From positions 806,001-870,000 of the forward strand of contig CBFFRQ010000089.1 of the NCBI GenBank assembly GCA_965644315.1: 64,000 nucleotides of DNA, written 5' to 3'. The notes beneath the pieces are model-generated. The model was not told the DNA's origin, did no database searches, and saw only the letters and a list, made by a program, of their open reading frames with translations. The number at the start of each line of letters is the position of its first letter. The stretch's first letter is position 1. The translations under genes and the position numbers were made by a program. Below, one piece after another: positions 14,101 through 23,670 of the stretch. The stretch comes from Caecitellus pseudoparvulus (lineage: Eukaryota; Protista; Bigyra: Bicosoecida).

Positions 14101-15225
14101 GTTCGTCCCTGGTCAGGTGCCCTGAACGACTCAAAACGCCCAAAGCGCCAAGGAACCTGTTCACAAGCTCTGCTTGCAAGTTCCCGTGGAACAGCATGTG
14201 CAGCACCCCGTGCGACCGCAGCAGGTCCACAAACCGGGGCACAGTGAGCCAGTGCAAATCGTGCGCGTCGGTTGGTTGCGAGGCTTTCACGCCTTCAGCC
14301 GAGAGTGCGACGCTGGTCAAACTCGCGACGGCTTGCAGTCGCAGGGAGAGCTGCGTCGTGGCCATGCACTGTGCAGCCCACGAGACTTGAAAAGCTGACA
14401 CCATCTCTGTGGCTCGAAAGTACGAACGCGTGAGGATGAGCAAAGGCTGTGTACTCGTAACACAGCTGACGACGTCCTGCCACGAGTACAGCCTCAGGCG
14501 CTCTCGGGCCAGGAGCGTAGCAGCATCCGCGACAGACTGGGTGAGCTCCTCAACTTGTGCACCCAGTGCTTGCTGCAGCAGGCTCTGGGCACCCCTGTTG
14601 TCTACAAGGGACTCAACAGTCGAACACACAGCCTTCAGGCCTTGCTTGGCATCAGCAGGGGAGGGGCAGGACGGCAAGGCCTTCAGCACGGTGGACAACA
14701 CAGGCAGCAGCCGGGACTGCTCCAGTTGCTTCAAGTGCCCAGGGACAGCCTCATAGCCTGAGAGCAGGCTGCCCTGGAGGTGGGAATGTGGCACTGAAAG
14801 TGTCCACGTGCGCTTCAAGAGATCCAGTGCCTGCAGCGTGGCTGCGCCCCAGCAAATGCCTCCTTGTTCGATCCACGCCACTGCTACCCGGGCAACTTGA
14901 CCCAGGCACCGCGCCGCCATCGAGGCCAATTCTGTGGAAAAGTACTGCTCCCGTCTCACTATCGACATGGTATTCTCCCAGCCAAGTTCTAGATACTGCT
15001 GGGTCTCTCCATGGCCAGCAGGGCTGCGAAGAAGGGTGCCAGGCGACATGCACTCAAATGCCGCAGCTTCACACGGCTGGCAGCCTTCCGCACGCACAGG
15101 GTTGCAGCGATCTCCAGGGCAACCAACGCGCGTTCTAAGTCTTGAGGTCTCTCCACTGCCTCCTTGTACTCATTAAACTGCCACGGCTGAGTCGCGGGGG
15201 GGCCGGAAGCCGGCAACTCCGCCAT
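2111..15225 (-). CDS. Giant ubiquitin-specific protease (peptidase C19), USP9/USP24/USP34-like, ~4346 aa; join(15225..15098,15023..2111)
   Basis: Cys box GLVNQGATCYQNSLLQQLFM, QNDAAEFF, His box YELRGVLVHSGSALGGHYFSYIRER, WFCFNDESV. The N-terminal WLT..FVDLL..LFHGNLQ..LTRDELWTVW region resembles USP9/24/34. ATG at 15225 joins the long ORF in frame through a 74-nt GTGCGT..GCAG intron (15097-15024). Confidence 0.9.
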
Positions 15226-15462
15226 GCTGCCAGCGTTTCACACCCGCTGTCGCGTGCAAGCGTGGTGCTGGGACAGGAGAGTTTCGAGCGAACTGAGACG
15301 GCACAGCCACAGCCACCATGGCACCAACAGCCAGGCACGAGCCACTTCGCCTTGGGTTTCATGCCTTTCTTTTTGCAGTGTATTTGGATTGCCCCGCTGG
15401 ATGCCGGCTTGCCCTGCACAGGCTTCGGCCTACTTGTTTGCGGAGAGCCTGAGAGGCGGCCT

Positions 15463-17080
15463 TCACGCAATGACACCTTTGGCCTTGCCGACCTCGATGA
15501 ATGCGTCGATAGCCTTGTCCAACTGCTCGCGCGTGTGCCCAGCTGAGATCTGCGTCCTGATGCGGGCCTGGCCCTTGGGCACAACTGGGTACGAGAAGCC
15601 AATGACGTACACGCCCCGCTTCAGCAGCTCGTCAGACATCTCAGTGGCCAGACGAGCGTCACCCAGCATGATTGGCACAATGGGGTGGTCTCTGTGTGCA
15701 CGTAGCGTGGGGCGGTGAGCGGGCCGCGCCAGCAATGTGCAGCAGGGGAGCAACTCACGGTGACCCTGAGATGGTGAAGCCAGCCTCACTCATGCGCTTG
15801 CGGAAGTGATGTGTGGACTCCAGCAGCTTGGCAGGCAGAGAGGAGTCCTCGTTGAGGATGCGGAAGACCTCCAAGCTGGCGCCCACCACCGGCGGCGCGA
15901 GGGTGTTGCTGAACAGGTATGGGCGCGCCTTCTGGCGCAGCACATCGATGACTTCCTGCTTCCCAGTGGTGTAGCCACCTGTGGCACCCCCCAATGCCTT
16001 GCCCAGGGTGGAGTTGATGATGTCGATTTGCCCGTGCAGCCCGAAGTACTCGTCCGTGCCCCGGCCTGTGGGGCCGAAAAACCCCGTCGCGTGGCACTCG
16101 TCAATGAACACACGGGCATCGTACTTCTTGGCCAGCTCGTGAATCTCCCTGTGTCAATGTGAGTGGGGCGCTGCGTGGCACACGCACGGTGGAGGGAGGG
16201 CGTGGGCGGTCGCTGGCACGCACTTGAGAGGGGCCACGTCACCGTCCATGCTGAACACACCGTCCGTGGCGATGAGGCGGGTGCGGCAGTGCTGCGTGGC
16301 CTGCAACTTGGCCTCCAAGTCAGCCATGTCCATGTGGGCGTAGCGGTGGCGCTCGGCCTTGCACAGGCGCACGCCGTCGATGATGCTGGCATGGTTCAGC
16401 GCGTCGGACAGGATGGCGTCCTCTGGACCCAGGATGCCTTCGAACAGCCCTGCGTTCGCGTCGAAGCACGAGGGATACAGGATGGTGTCTTCTGTTCCGT
16501 GGAACTCGGAAATCGCCTTCTCAAGCTCCTTGTGGATGTCCTGGAGCGGGCAAGGTGCGGGGAAGTGCTGCCGTGCCAGGCGGGCTGCGCCAGCATGCCC
16601 AGCCGCGCGGCAGTCGCACCTGTGTGCCGCAGATGAAGCGCACGGAGGACAGGCCGAGTCCATGTGAGTCCAGAGACTTCTGTGCAGTGTGAGGGTGTGC
16701 TGACGATGAATCCCGCAACATTGGCACTGGTGTTGGCGCTCAAGCGTGCTCGGACGCATGTGCAGTGCACCTGAGCAATGACGCACCTTTGCAGCCTCAA
16801 TGAGGCGGGGGTCATCGCACAGCGCCAGGTAGTTGTTGCTGCACATGCACAGGACGTCGTCCTCAGAACCCTGCACGTGTACATTCGGCGCCTGCGCGCT
16901 GGAAATGACGCGCTCAACCTTGAACGTGCCGGCTTCCTTTGCCTCTGCCAGGATGCTGTCAAGGTGTGCCTTCAGCCCATCGGAAGCACCTGCGGTGGCA
17001 GAGATGCCTCGCACACTGCCCATCCAGGCGCTGGTGGACCTGGACAGCACCCTAGAAGCACCGCGTGTGATGGCTGCCAT
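15463..17080 (-). CDS. GCAT: 2-amino-3-ketobutyrate CoA ligase (glycine C-acetyltransferase), mitochondrial, ~429 aa; join(17080..16787,16679..16620,16540..16224,16148..15759,15691..15463)
   Basis: Motifs [67 protein letters not shown] (PLP lysine) and [15 protein letters not shown]. Four GT-AG introns restore one frame. Arg/Ser-rich N-terminal presequence. Confidence 0.95.
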
Positions 17081-17248
17081 TGCTTGAGCGTCGGCGTGGT
17101 CTGGTTCTGGCTGCCGTGGCTGGCTGGTTTGGCCTCGTCTCTTGCCAAACTTCAGACAAATCACGCGATCGTGGAGGGATGGCTGGTGGTTGGAGGTTGT
17201 GTGGATTGTGTTTAGCGATTGATTCGTAGTATCCTATACGCAATACCT

Positions 17249-17288
17249 GAATCCCGCTGCAAATGGGGCGAAAAAGACAGCGGGATTC
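17249..17288. repeat. Inverted repeat (11-bp perfect stem, 18-nt loop)
   Basis: GAATCCCGCTG (17249-17259) and CAGCGGGATTC (17278-17288), between the JMJD8-like stop and the GCAT start. Confidence 0.6.
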
Positions 17289-17398
17289 TGGGACGGGGGT
17301 GATAGAAGAAATCCCTAGCGTGTGGAGCGGATGTAGTGAATTCAAGCTGGCCAACGCATCATGACTGTGAAAGCACAGCTTCCGGCCCCCGGCAGCCG

Positions 17399-18703
17399 TT
17401 AGAGCTCGTCTAGGTGCGCTGGCTCCCGTGTGAACGTGGACACAAAGGCGTTGAAGGGCTGCACGTTCAGCGTGGCGTGCCACCAATGCCCCGGCACGTA
17501 CAGGCCTTGCTCCGGCCCCAAAGTGCAGCTCTGCACTAGGTTCACCTGACAGGCTGCAGGAGACGCCTCATTGACTTCGCTTGCCAGCTTCTTTGCCTGC
17601 TCAGCACAAGCACCGGTGCCGCGGGCCAGGCAACGCAGCAGCCCGTCAAGTGCAGCTGGTGTGGGTCGGGGGTCACCGACCCCACCGGCGTGCCAAGCTG
17701 CGACGCCCTCCAGCAGCGCAGCCTGCAACTCTGGGCCCCCCAGAACATCACTGAGCTGTGCCCACTTCCAGTCCACCGTCACTGAGCGCGCGGGGCTCCC
17801 GCCGCACGAGCAGGTGCTCCGGAATGTGCTGGGGCAGGCGGACACTGGATGCGAAACTTCGTGCACTGGTGCTGCACACGCATGGGCTGCCTGACACATG
17901 GCAGTGGCCGCGGCCTCCTCTGCCGCCACAGATGCCCAGGCAGCACCCTGCGCCGGGGACCAGGTGACGAGCAGCCCATCCCGCTCAACACCGGCCCCGA
18001 GGCCGCCACCCTCCTCACACGCAGCAGTCTCTGGCACCAGCACTGGGATGCTCACCGCAGCGTCGTGTTTCAGGACCCACTGCAGGTGGTGCTGCGCAGG
18101 GTCGAAGCAGGGCGGGGAGTTCCCCGCCGAAGGAGGAGACACGAACCATCGCTTGCGACCGTGGAGGTTGTGTGCCACTGCCGGGCCGTGTGTGTGGAAG
18201 CCGACACCCGACCAGCCCCCCCCCACGCCCAGGGCCGCCAACGGTTCATGGTCAGGCGGCACAAAGGGAAGGCTGTACTGAGCGCCCTCCAGGATTTGTG
18301 CGAAGGCACCCGTGTACGTGTCCCCAAACAGATACCAGGTGTCAGTGGCCAGACGATCTGGCGTGACTGGGTCCATGTCACGCCCCGTCAAGTACGCACC
18401 CAGCGTGCTCTGCCGCTTGCCATGGCTGTAGCTGTTGGCACTCGCAAGGGTCACGGGCGCAGCACCAGCCGCCGCGAGCAGTGCAGAGCGGGACGTCGCG
18501 TTGGCGGCCCGTGCCAGCGTAGGCTGCATCGCTGCAGGGAGGGGGAAGCTGTGTGGCGCTGCAGGCGGGCTGGCAGCTAGAGCAGGGGGGTGCAGGGCGG
18601 CTGGTATGGTGCAGTGATTGGCAAGCAGGGCCAGAGGCAGGGACACGCTGGCTTGCGCGGTACTGGCCGGTGCAGCCACTACCACAGCGGCTGTGGAGAG
18701 CAT
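17399..18703 (-). CDS. JMJD8: JMJD8-like JmjC/cupin protein (start codon uncertain)
   Basis: Motifs CTIP, VTLASANSYS, WYLFGD, GGGWSGVGFHTHGP (HxH), GRKRWF and CTLGPEQGLYVPGHWWHATLN..FVSTF. Hydrophobic N-terminus; C-terminus ends HLDEL. Confidence 0.8.
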   Translation of the reverse strand: MLSTAAVVVAAPASTAQASVSLPLALLANHCTIPAALHPPALAASPPAAPHSFPLPAAMQPTLARAANATSRSALLAAAGAAPVTLASANSYSHGKRQSTLGAYLTGRDMDPVTPDRLATDTWYLFGDTYTGAFAQILEGAQYSLPFVPPDHEPLAALGVGGGWSGVGFHTHGPAVAHNLHGRKRWFVSPPSAGNSPPCFDPAQHHLQWVLKHDAAVSIPVLVPETAACEEGGGLGAGVERDGLLVTWSPAQGAAWASVAAEEAAATAMCQAAHACAAPVHEVSHPVSACPSTFRSTCSCGGSPARSVTVDWKWAQLSDVLGGPELQAALLEGVAAWHAGGVGDPRPTPAALDGLLRCLARGTGACAEQAKKLASEVNEASPAACQVNLVQSCTLGPEQGLYVPGHWWHATLNVQPFNAFVSTFTREPAHLDEL

Positions 18704-18970
18704 GAAAGCTCCCCACGCGCCCTGCCACCTGCTTGCGCGGTCCATATCACGCGCAATTGGGGCCTCCCGCACCAAGCGATGGCAGAGCCAGTGGCGCTCT
18801 CTCTGGCGACTGATTCGGCGCTGCAAATCACGGCCTACCAACAAAACTTGTGCTTTCGACAAAAATGAATTATATGCAACACCTGGGGCGGGTATCAGTG
18901 CCATCGAAGGGTGTCTGCTCGCGCTGTGGGCCCCCGTGTTGAGGGGGACGGCTGCGGAAATCGATGCCAC
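18704..18970. promoter_or_regulatory. Putative bidirectional promoter between JMJD8-like and COG2
   Basis: Head-to-head ATGs ~270 bp apart with an AT-rich core (AAAAATGAATTATATG, ~18861-18876) in GC-rich DNA. Depends on the uncertain JMJD8 start. Confidence 0.45.
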
Positions 18971-21199
18971 ATGGAGGGCGAAGCGTCGGCTCTGCGTGCC
19001 GCATTTGGCGACGTGGAGTATGATAAGGACGCCTTCATCGCACAGCAGCTAGAGAAGAAGTCTCTCGCTGACTTCCAATCGGAACTTCTGTCGTTCATCA
19101 GCTCCCAGCGGGCGTCTGTGAGTGGCGAGACCGACGCCCCACCGCTCGCACGGCGTCCACGCTCACCTGCCTCTCTCCGGACTTGCCAGCTGGTCGAGGC
19201 CGTACACAGTGACATTGACCAAGTGATTGAGCTGTCTTCCCGGGTGGATGTCGTGGCACAGCAGCGGGAAACACTACAAGGCCCAGTGGCGGCTGCCGCG
19301 GCTCAGTTGGAGACCCTGAAGGCGGCGGCGGCGGCACGCGCAACGCACCAGCAAGCACTGGGCGCCCTGAAGCAGGGCCTGCGAGCGTGCTGTGCGGGGA
19401 TAGAGGGCTTGGTGCATGTGGAGGAGCAGTTGGGCGTGGCGGAGGCCGCGATGGAGGGCGCCACCACTGCCTCAAACCCGCCGCTGCGAGGCTGCCTGGC
19501 CCTCGAGTCCGCTCACAGAGCGCTGCGTGATGCTGAGGCGGCTGCTCCGTGCCTGGCACGAGCTCCTGTGCTGCTGCAGCTGAGGAAGCGGTGGGCGACT
19601 GCTGTGCAGCGCGTACAGGCAGTGTTGGTGCCACAGGCGGAGGGGGTGTTGCCGGGCGCGGCGCAGGGTGATGCGGCAGGCGCCATGCAGGCACAGCTGC
19701 TCATGCGTTGCTTTGCAGCGACAGGGAGCATGGAGGCATGGACGGGCGTCATGCAGAGGTGCGTGTCTGACGCCGCCCTGCGTCGTTCTGTGCTGCAGCA
19801 GCGGTGGGCAGAGCACGCCAGCCCACAGGACGTGTGCGGCGTTTGGGAGGCGGTGCGCTCCGACGTGACGGCCCTCACGCGAGACTGCCTCAGCCCAGTG
19901 ATGGAGGCGTCCCTGGCCCTGGGGCAGCCGTGGCAGGGGGTGCACTGCGTGGTCACTGCGCCGCTGGGAGAGCTCGTTGCCGAGCAAGTGCCCGGCACTT
20001 GGCTCCGCCCGACCAACAGCGCACTGTTCGCCGCTGGAGCCGCTGGCGCGGCGGCGCTGGGCCATACCCTGCGTACCCTGAACACGGAGGTGTGTGGGGG
20101 CGCGGAAGCCGACTCGGCCGTGGAGCTGCTGGTGCAGCCTTGGGCAGAGTCAGGGCCGGTGTGGGCGGAGGTGGTGGTGGCAGAGGTGGAGTCCGCTCTG
20201 CGCACGGCTGTGTCGCACGGAGGTGGACCCTTGCCGGAACCTGGCTGGCTGGCGGGCATTTCCCCTGCTCTGCATGCACCGGCGGCGCTGGAAGTTGTGT
20301 TTGCAGCTGCGCAGTGGCCAGCTGATCAAGGCGGGCTGCTGCAAAGCTGGCGGCACAGCGTGCGAAACACTGCCGCTGCAGCCTGCATCATGCCTGCAGC
20401 ATCCCCTGTGTGCGTACAAGGTGCGCTGCAGTTGACGACAGTCTTTGTGGAGCTGGTGCTGGAGTCTTGCAACGCTGCGTCTGGCGAGGGCGCTGTGGCT
20501 GCTGTGCTGGAAGCTGGTGCCACGCTAGCAGCGCTGCAGGAAGCGTTGCCTGGAATACGCGCAGTGTTCGAAGTAGCAGCTAGCGCCTGCGAGCCCCCTG
20601 TGTCTGGCAGCGTCGAGCCAAGTGCCTGGGAGAAGGGTGTTGCGACTTGTCAAGGCGCGTTGCAGGCAGCTGCGCTGTCCGCCGCCACTGGCTGTGCAGC
20701 GCAGGTGGGGCACCGCATGGGGGCCAGCATGGGCGCTCTGAAGCAGCATGTTGATGCGCTGCGCGCCGCTGCTGCTGTTGCACCCATGCCGCTCGTGCCA
20801 GAGGCGCTGGCCCGAGCGGCCGCTGAGCTCGGGCAGCTGTGTGCCGCGTTCGGGGGCTGGCTGCCTACCAGTCCGCCTGACTTGCTGCGGGCGGCGGCTG
20901 ACGCGTGGGGAGAAGAAGTGATGGATGTGTGCAGGAGTGCCTTGCGCTCGTGCACTGTCACAGACGGCGGGTTGGCGTGGTTGACTCAGGAGGGGGAGGC
21001 AGAGAGTGAGAGTGGCGGCGAGGGGGCGGGTGGCAGCACACATGTGCGTCGTGTGCAGAGTGCGCTGGCAGCTGACATTGACGCCTGCGTGCAGGCCATT
21101 GCACGCGCATGTGGCCTGGAGCCGCAGGCAGTGTGGGCCACACCGGCCATGCAGCGTTTGCAAGGCGTGTTGGCCGAAACACCCGCAGCGCAAGGCTGA
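18971..21199 (+). CDS. COG2: Conserved oligomeric Golgi complex subunit 2-like, ~718 aa; join(18971..19117,19190..21199)
   Basis: N-terminal F..YDKDAFI..KSLADFQSEL..LVEAVHSDIDQVIELSS fits the COG2 N-domain once a 72-nt in-frame GTGAGT..CCAG intron is removed; remainder is helical. Confidence 0.7.
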   Translation: MEGEASALRAAFGDVEYDKDAFIAQQLEKKSLADFQSELLSFISSQRASVSGETDAPPLARRPRSPASLRTCQLVEAVHSDIDQVIELSSRVDVVAQQRETLQGPVAAAAAQLETLKAAAAARATHQQALGALKQGLRACCAGIEGLVHVEEQLGVAEAAMEGATTASNPPLRGCLALESAHRALRDAEAAAPCLARAPVLLQLRKRWATAVQRVQAVLVPQAEGVLPGAAQGDAAGAMQAQLLMRCFAATGSMEAWTGVMQRCVSDAALRRSVLQQRWAEHASPQDVCGVWEAVRSDVTALTRDCLSPVMEASLALGQPWQGVHCVVTAPLGELVAEQVPGTWLRPTNSALFAAGAAGAAALGHTLRTLNTEVCGGAEADSAVELLVQPWAESGPVWAEVVVAEVESALRTAVSHGGGPLPEPGWLAGISPALHAPAALEVVFAAAQWPADQGGLLQSWRHSVRNTAAAACIMPAASPVCVQGALQLTTVFVELVLESCNAASGEGAVAAVLEAGATLAALQEALPGIRAVFEVAASACEPPVSGSVEPSAWEKGVATCQGALQAAALSAATGCAAQVGHRMGASMGALKQHVDALRAAAAVAPMPLVPEALARAAAELGQLCAAFGGWLPTSPPDLLRAAADAWGEEVMDVCRSALRSCTVTDGGLAWLTQEGEAESESGGEGAGGSTHVRRVQSALAADIDACVQAIARACGLEPQAVWATPAMQRLQGVLAETPAAQG

Positions 21200-21375
21200 A
21201 ACGGCCCTTGCCGCAGGGGGCAGCGCAAATGCAAAATACAAATCTGGATTCCAAGCCTTCAGTAAGAGAAAGCACGTCCATGCAGCCTCCCAACGTGCTC
21301 ATGCTCCGGCACGTGGCGCAGCGCGTCGGCAGTGCGGTCGGGCAAGCACACCGCTCAGGAAGCGCGCAGTGCAGC

Positions 21376-22159
21376 ATGGCGGCTGTCTCGACAGCTGGCT
21401 ACACGTACAAGTGGCCACGGCCAGCGGTGACGGTGGACACCCTCATCTTCAATGTGCACGGGGAGACGAAGGACCTGCGCATTCTCCTCATTGAACGTGG
21501 TGGTGGGTGTGCAGACTGGCGTTTCAGTCCAGCTTCGCGAGTGAAACTCCACCCTGGTTCCCGCCCTGCTCTGCCTGCTCAGGGGAGCCATTCAAAGGAA
21601 GCTGGGCTCTCCCAGGGGGATTCGTTGACCAGGTACGTGTCAGGCAGTCGCGTGGGCGTATCTGCCGCTTCCCGCCACTGCTGTCCCCGCCTGCGCCCCG
21701 CCAGGATGAGGACTTGGATGTCGCTGCCGCTCGAGAGTTGGAGGAGGAGACCAGCACGACGGGCCTGCCCCTGGTGCAGTTCGGGGCGTTTGGCAAGCCA
21801 GGCCGAGATCCCCGCGGGCACACCGTCACGGTGGCGTACTACGCATTCCTCCCCGACGCCGCGCTGGGCGGCGTCAAGGCCGGAGACGACGCCAAAACCA
21901 CAGCATGGCTGTCTGCGAAGGACGTGGCATCATCCAGTTTTGCCTTTGATCACGCAGATGTCATCGCTGCCGGCGCGGCGCGGGTGCAAGCTGTGCGTGG
22001 CGCACGCTGCCCACACCGCCCCTGCTACACGCACAACTCTCAAACCCCGCTTCACAGGACCTCGCGCTGGGCAAGGTGGACAAGCCCTCCTCGCCCGATC
22101 TTGCTGCAGCCCTGGAGGAGGGCTTGGCTGCCATCCTGAAGGGCGGGCAGTCCAAGTGA
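21376..22159 (+). CDS. NUDIX hydrolase (ADP-ribose pyrophosphatase/NrtR-domain-like), ~188 aa; join(21376..21502,21583..21632,21705..21992,22058..22159). In-frame ATG at 21301 could add a targeting peptide
   Basis: YKWPRPAVTVD, LLIERGGEPFKGSWALPGGF, Nudix box (GGFVDQDEDLDVAAARELEEET), GRDPRGHTVTVAY, AGDDA, AFDH. Three GT-AG introns. Confidence 0.9.
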
Positions 22160-22639
22160 TGGCTGCTGCGTTGCTTCGTGGCGATGCTACACGCTAGTGC
22201 AGGAGCTGTCTGTAAGGCAGCGCCGATCTCACTTGAATGAATAAGACATGTATTACGATGCTTGCATGCGGCTTTGTCTGTACACTTGTGTGACGTGCTG
22301 GCACACACTATGCCTTTCGCACCATGCACGCAGTGCACTTGAGCAGGCGAAACGCTAGCAGCCAGTGCAGCGCGGCACAATCCTTGTCTTCGAAGTCGAG
22401 AGGCGCGACAGAATGCCGACACATAAAGTACGACCAGTAGGTAGACGCCTGTCTCGGAATCTTCGCGCCGCGGATGGCGTACCTGCTCTTGAGTGCTTCA
22501 GAATCGTCGGCTGCCGTTTCGCCGCGAGGGAGACCCCGCATCCCGTGGCACTGCTGCCGCTGATTTCCCCCCCAGCACGTTTGTGAGACGAGCTGCTTGC
22601 ACACACACATACTATTTTTATTGCCATAGCCTGCCTGTC

Positions 22640-23197
22640 ATGCATGCGGCTCGGCTTCGCATGACAGTTGCTGCGGCGCGGGGTGAGGGTGAGGGTGAGC
22701 TAGGCGGCACACGCCCCGCAGCACAAGACACCCACCGCGACACCAGCCTCGGCAGCTGGGGTCAAGGAGGAACTGCCTCTCACGCAACACTACCTGATGT
22801 CTCCACATCCCCCCCTACTGACGCCGCCCCGGCCTACAGTGCGCTTTCTCCCTCCGCACCTCACGGCGCCGTCACGTCTGCCCTCGGCGCCCAGGCGTAC
22901 GTTGGGACGGGGCAAGACATTCCCCGCCTGCAGGCCCTGCCCAGGGCCTGTGCCTCGGCGCCCTCTGGAGGCGTCAGCGCGGCGCTGGGCCCTGCGCCGC
23001 TGTCGCCGCCGCGTGCTGCCACTGCCAGCGCGGCAGCGAGTGTCGGCGCGAAACGCAGCGACAGCGAGGCAGAACTGCAGCGCATGCGTGCGAGCTTGAA
23101 GGAGCAGCTGGCACGCATGAAGGCTGAACTGGCCAGTAGCATTGAGCACCAGCAGGCTCAGCTGCAGGCCCTCACAGGGGGCGGCAAGCTAGGCTAG
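22640..23197 (+). CDS. Hypothetical low-complexity protein with C-terminal coiled coil
   Basis: Open frame from ATG 22640 with heptad segment SEAELQRMRASLKEQLARMKAELASSIEHQQAQLQAL; followed by the AATGCA 3' motif. The 5' structure is uncertain. Confidence 0.5.
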   Translation: MHAARLRMTVAAARGEGEGELGGTRPAAQDTHRDTSLGSWGQGGTASHATLPDVSTSPPTDAAPAYSALSPSAPHGAVTSALGAQAYVGTGQDIPRLQALPRACASAPSGGVSAALGPAPLSPPRAATASAAASVGAKRSDSEAELQRMRASLKEQLARMKAELASSIEHQQAQLQALTGGGKLG

Positions 23198-23670
23198 ACT
23201 GGCTCTGGCCCACACCGGCTGGAATGTGCAATGCAATGTTGCGTCAGAGGAGGGGAGGGCTTTGGAAATGCATGGTTGAACAGCGTGGTAGTGTTGCGCA
23301 TTGCACTCGGGCGCGCAGGACTTGACGGCTGCAGAGTTGCAGCGTTGCCGAGCGCGAGGCTCGGGCCCGCAGCGCCAGCGAGAAGAAACGCTGGAACCCA
23401 CAGCCAATGCCTTCTCCGCACAATGCGGTGCTGGCCAAAGTCAAGGCAGCAGTGGGGGTGCTGTGCGTCAGATGTACACGTTTTCCCGCAGCACAGGACT
23501 TGGTTGTCTCGATTGCGACCCTGCATCGTTTGTCGTCGCTTGGGCACTGCAGGCGTTTCACAGCGAAACGGCATTGTCTGCGCGTCAGCTCTGCTGGCGT
23601 TCGTGCGCGGCCTTTGAAGACCACCCTTCTGTGATCCGGGAAGCTAGACCAAATAGAGGCGCACCTCTGC

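Noticed and set aside
22681-22698. (GGGTGA)3 telomere-like repeat
   Set aside because: Only three units, inside a reading frame encoding GEGEGE.
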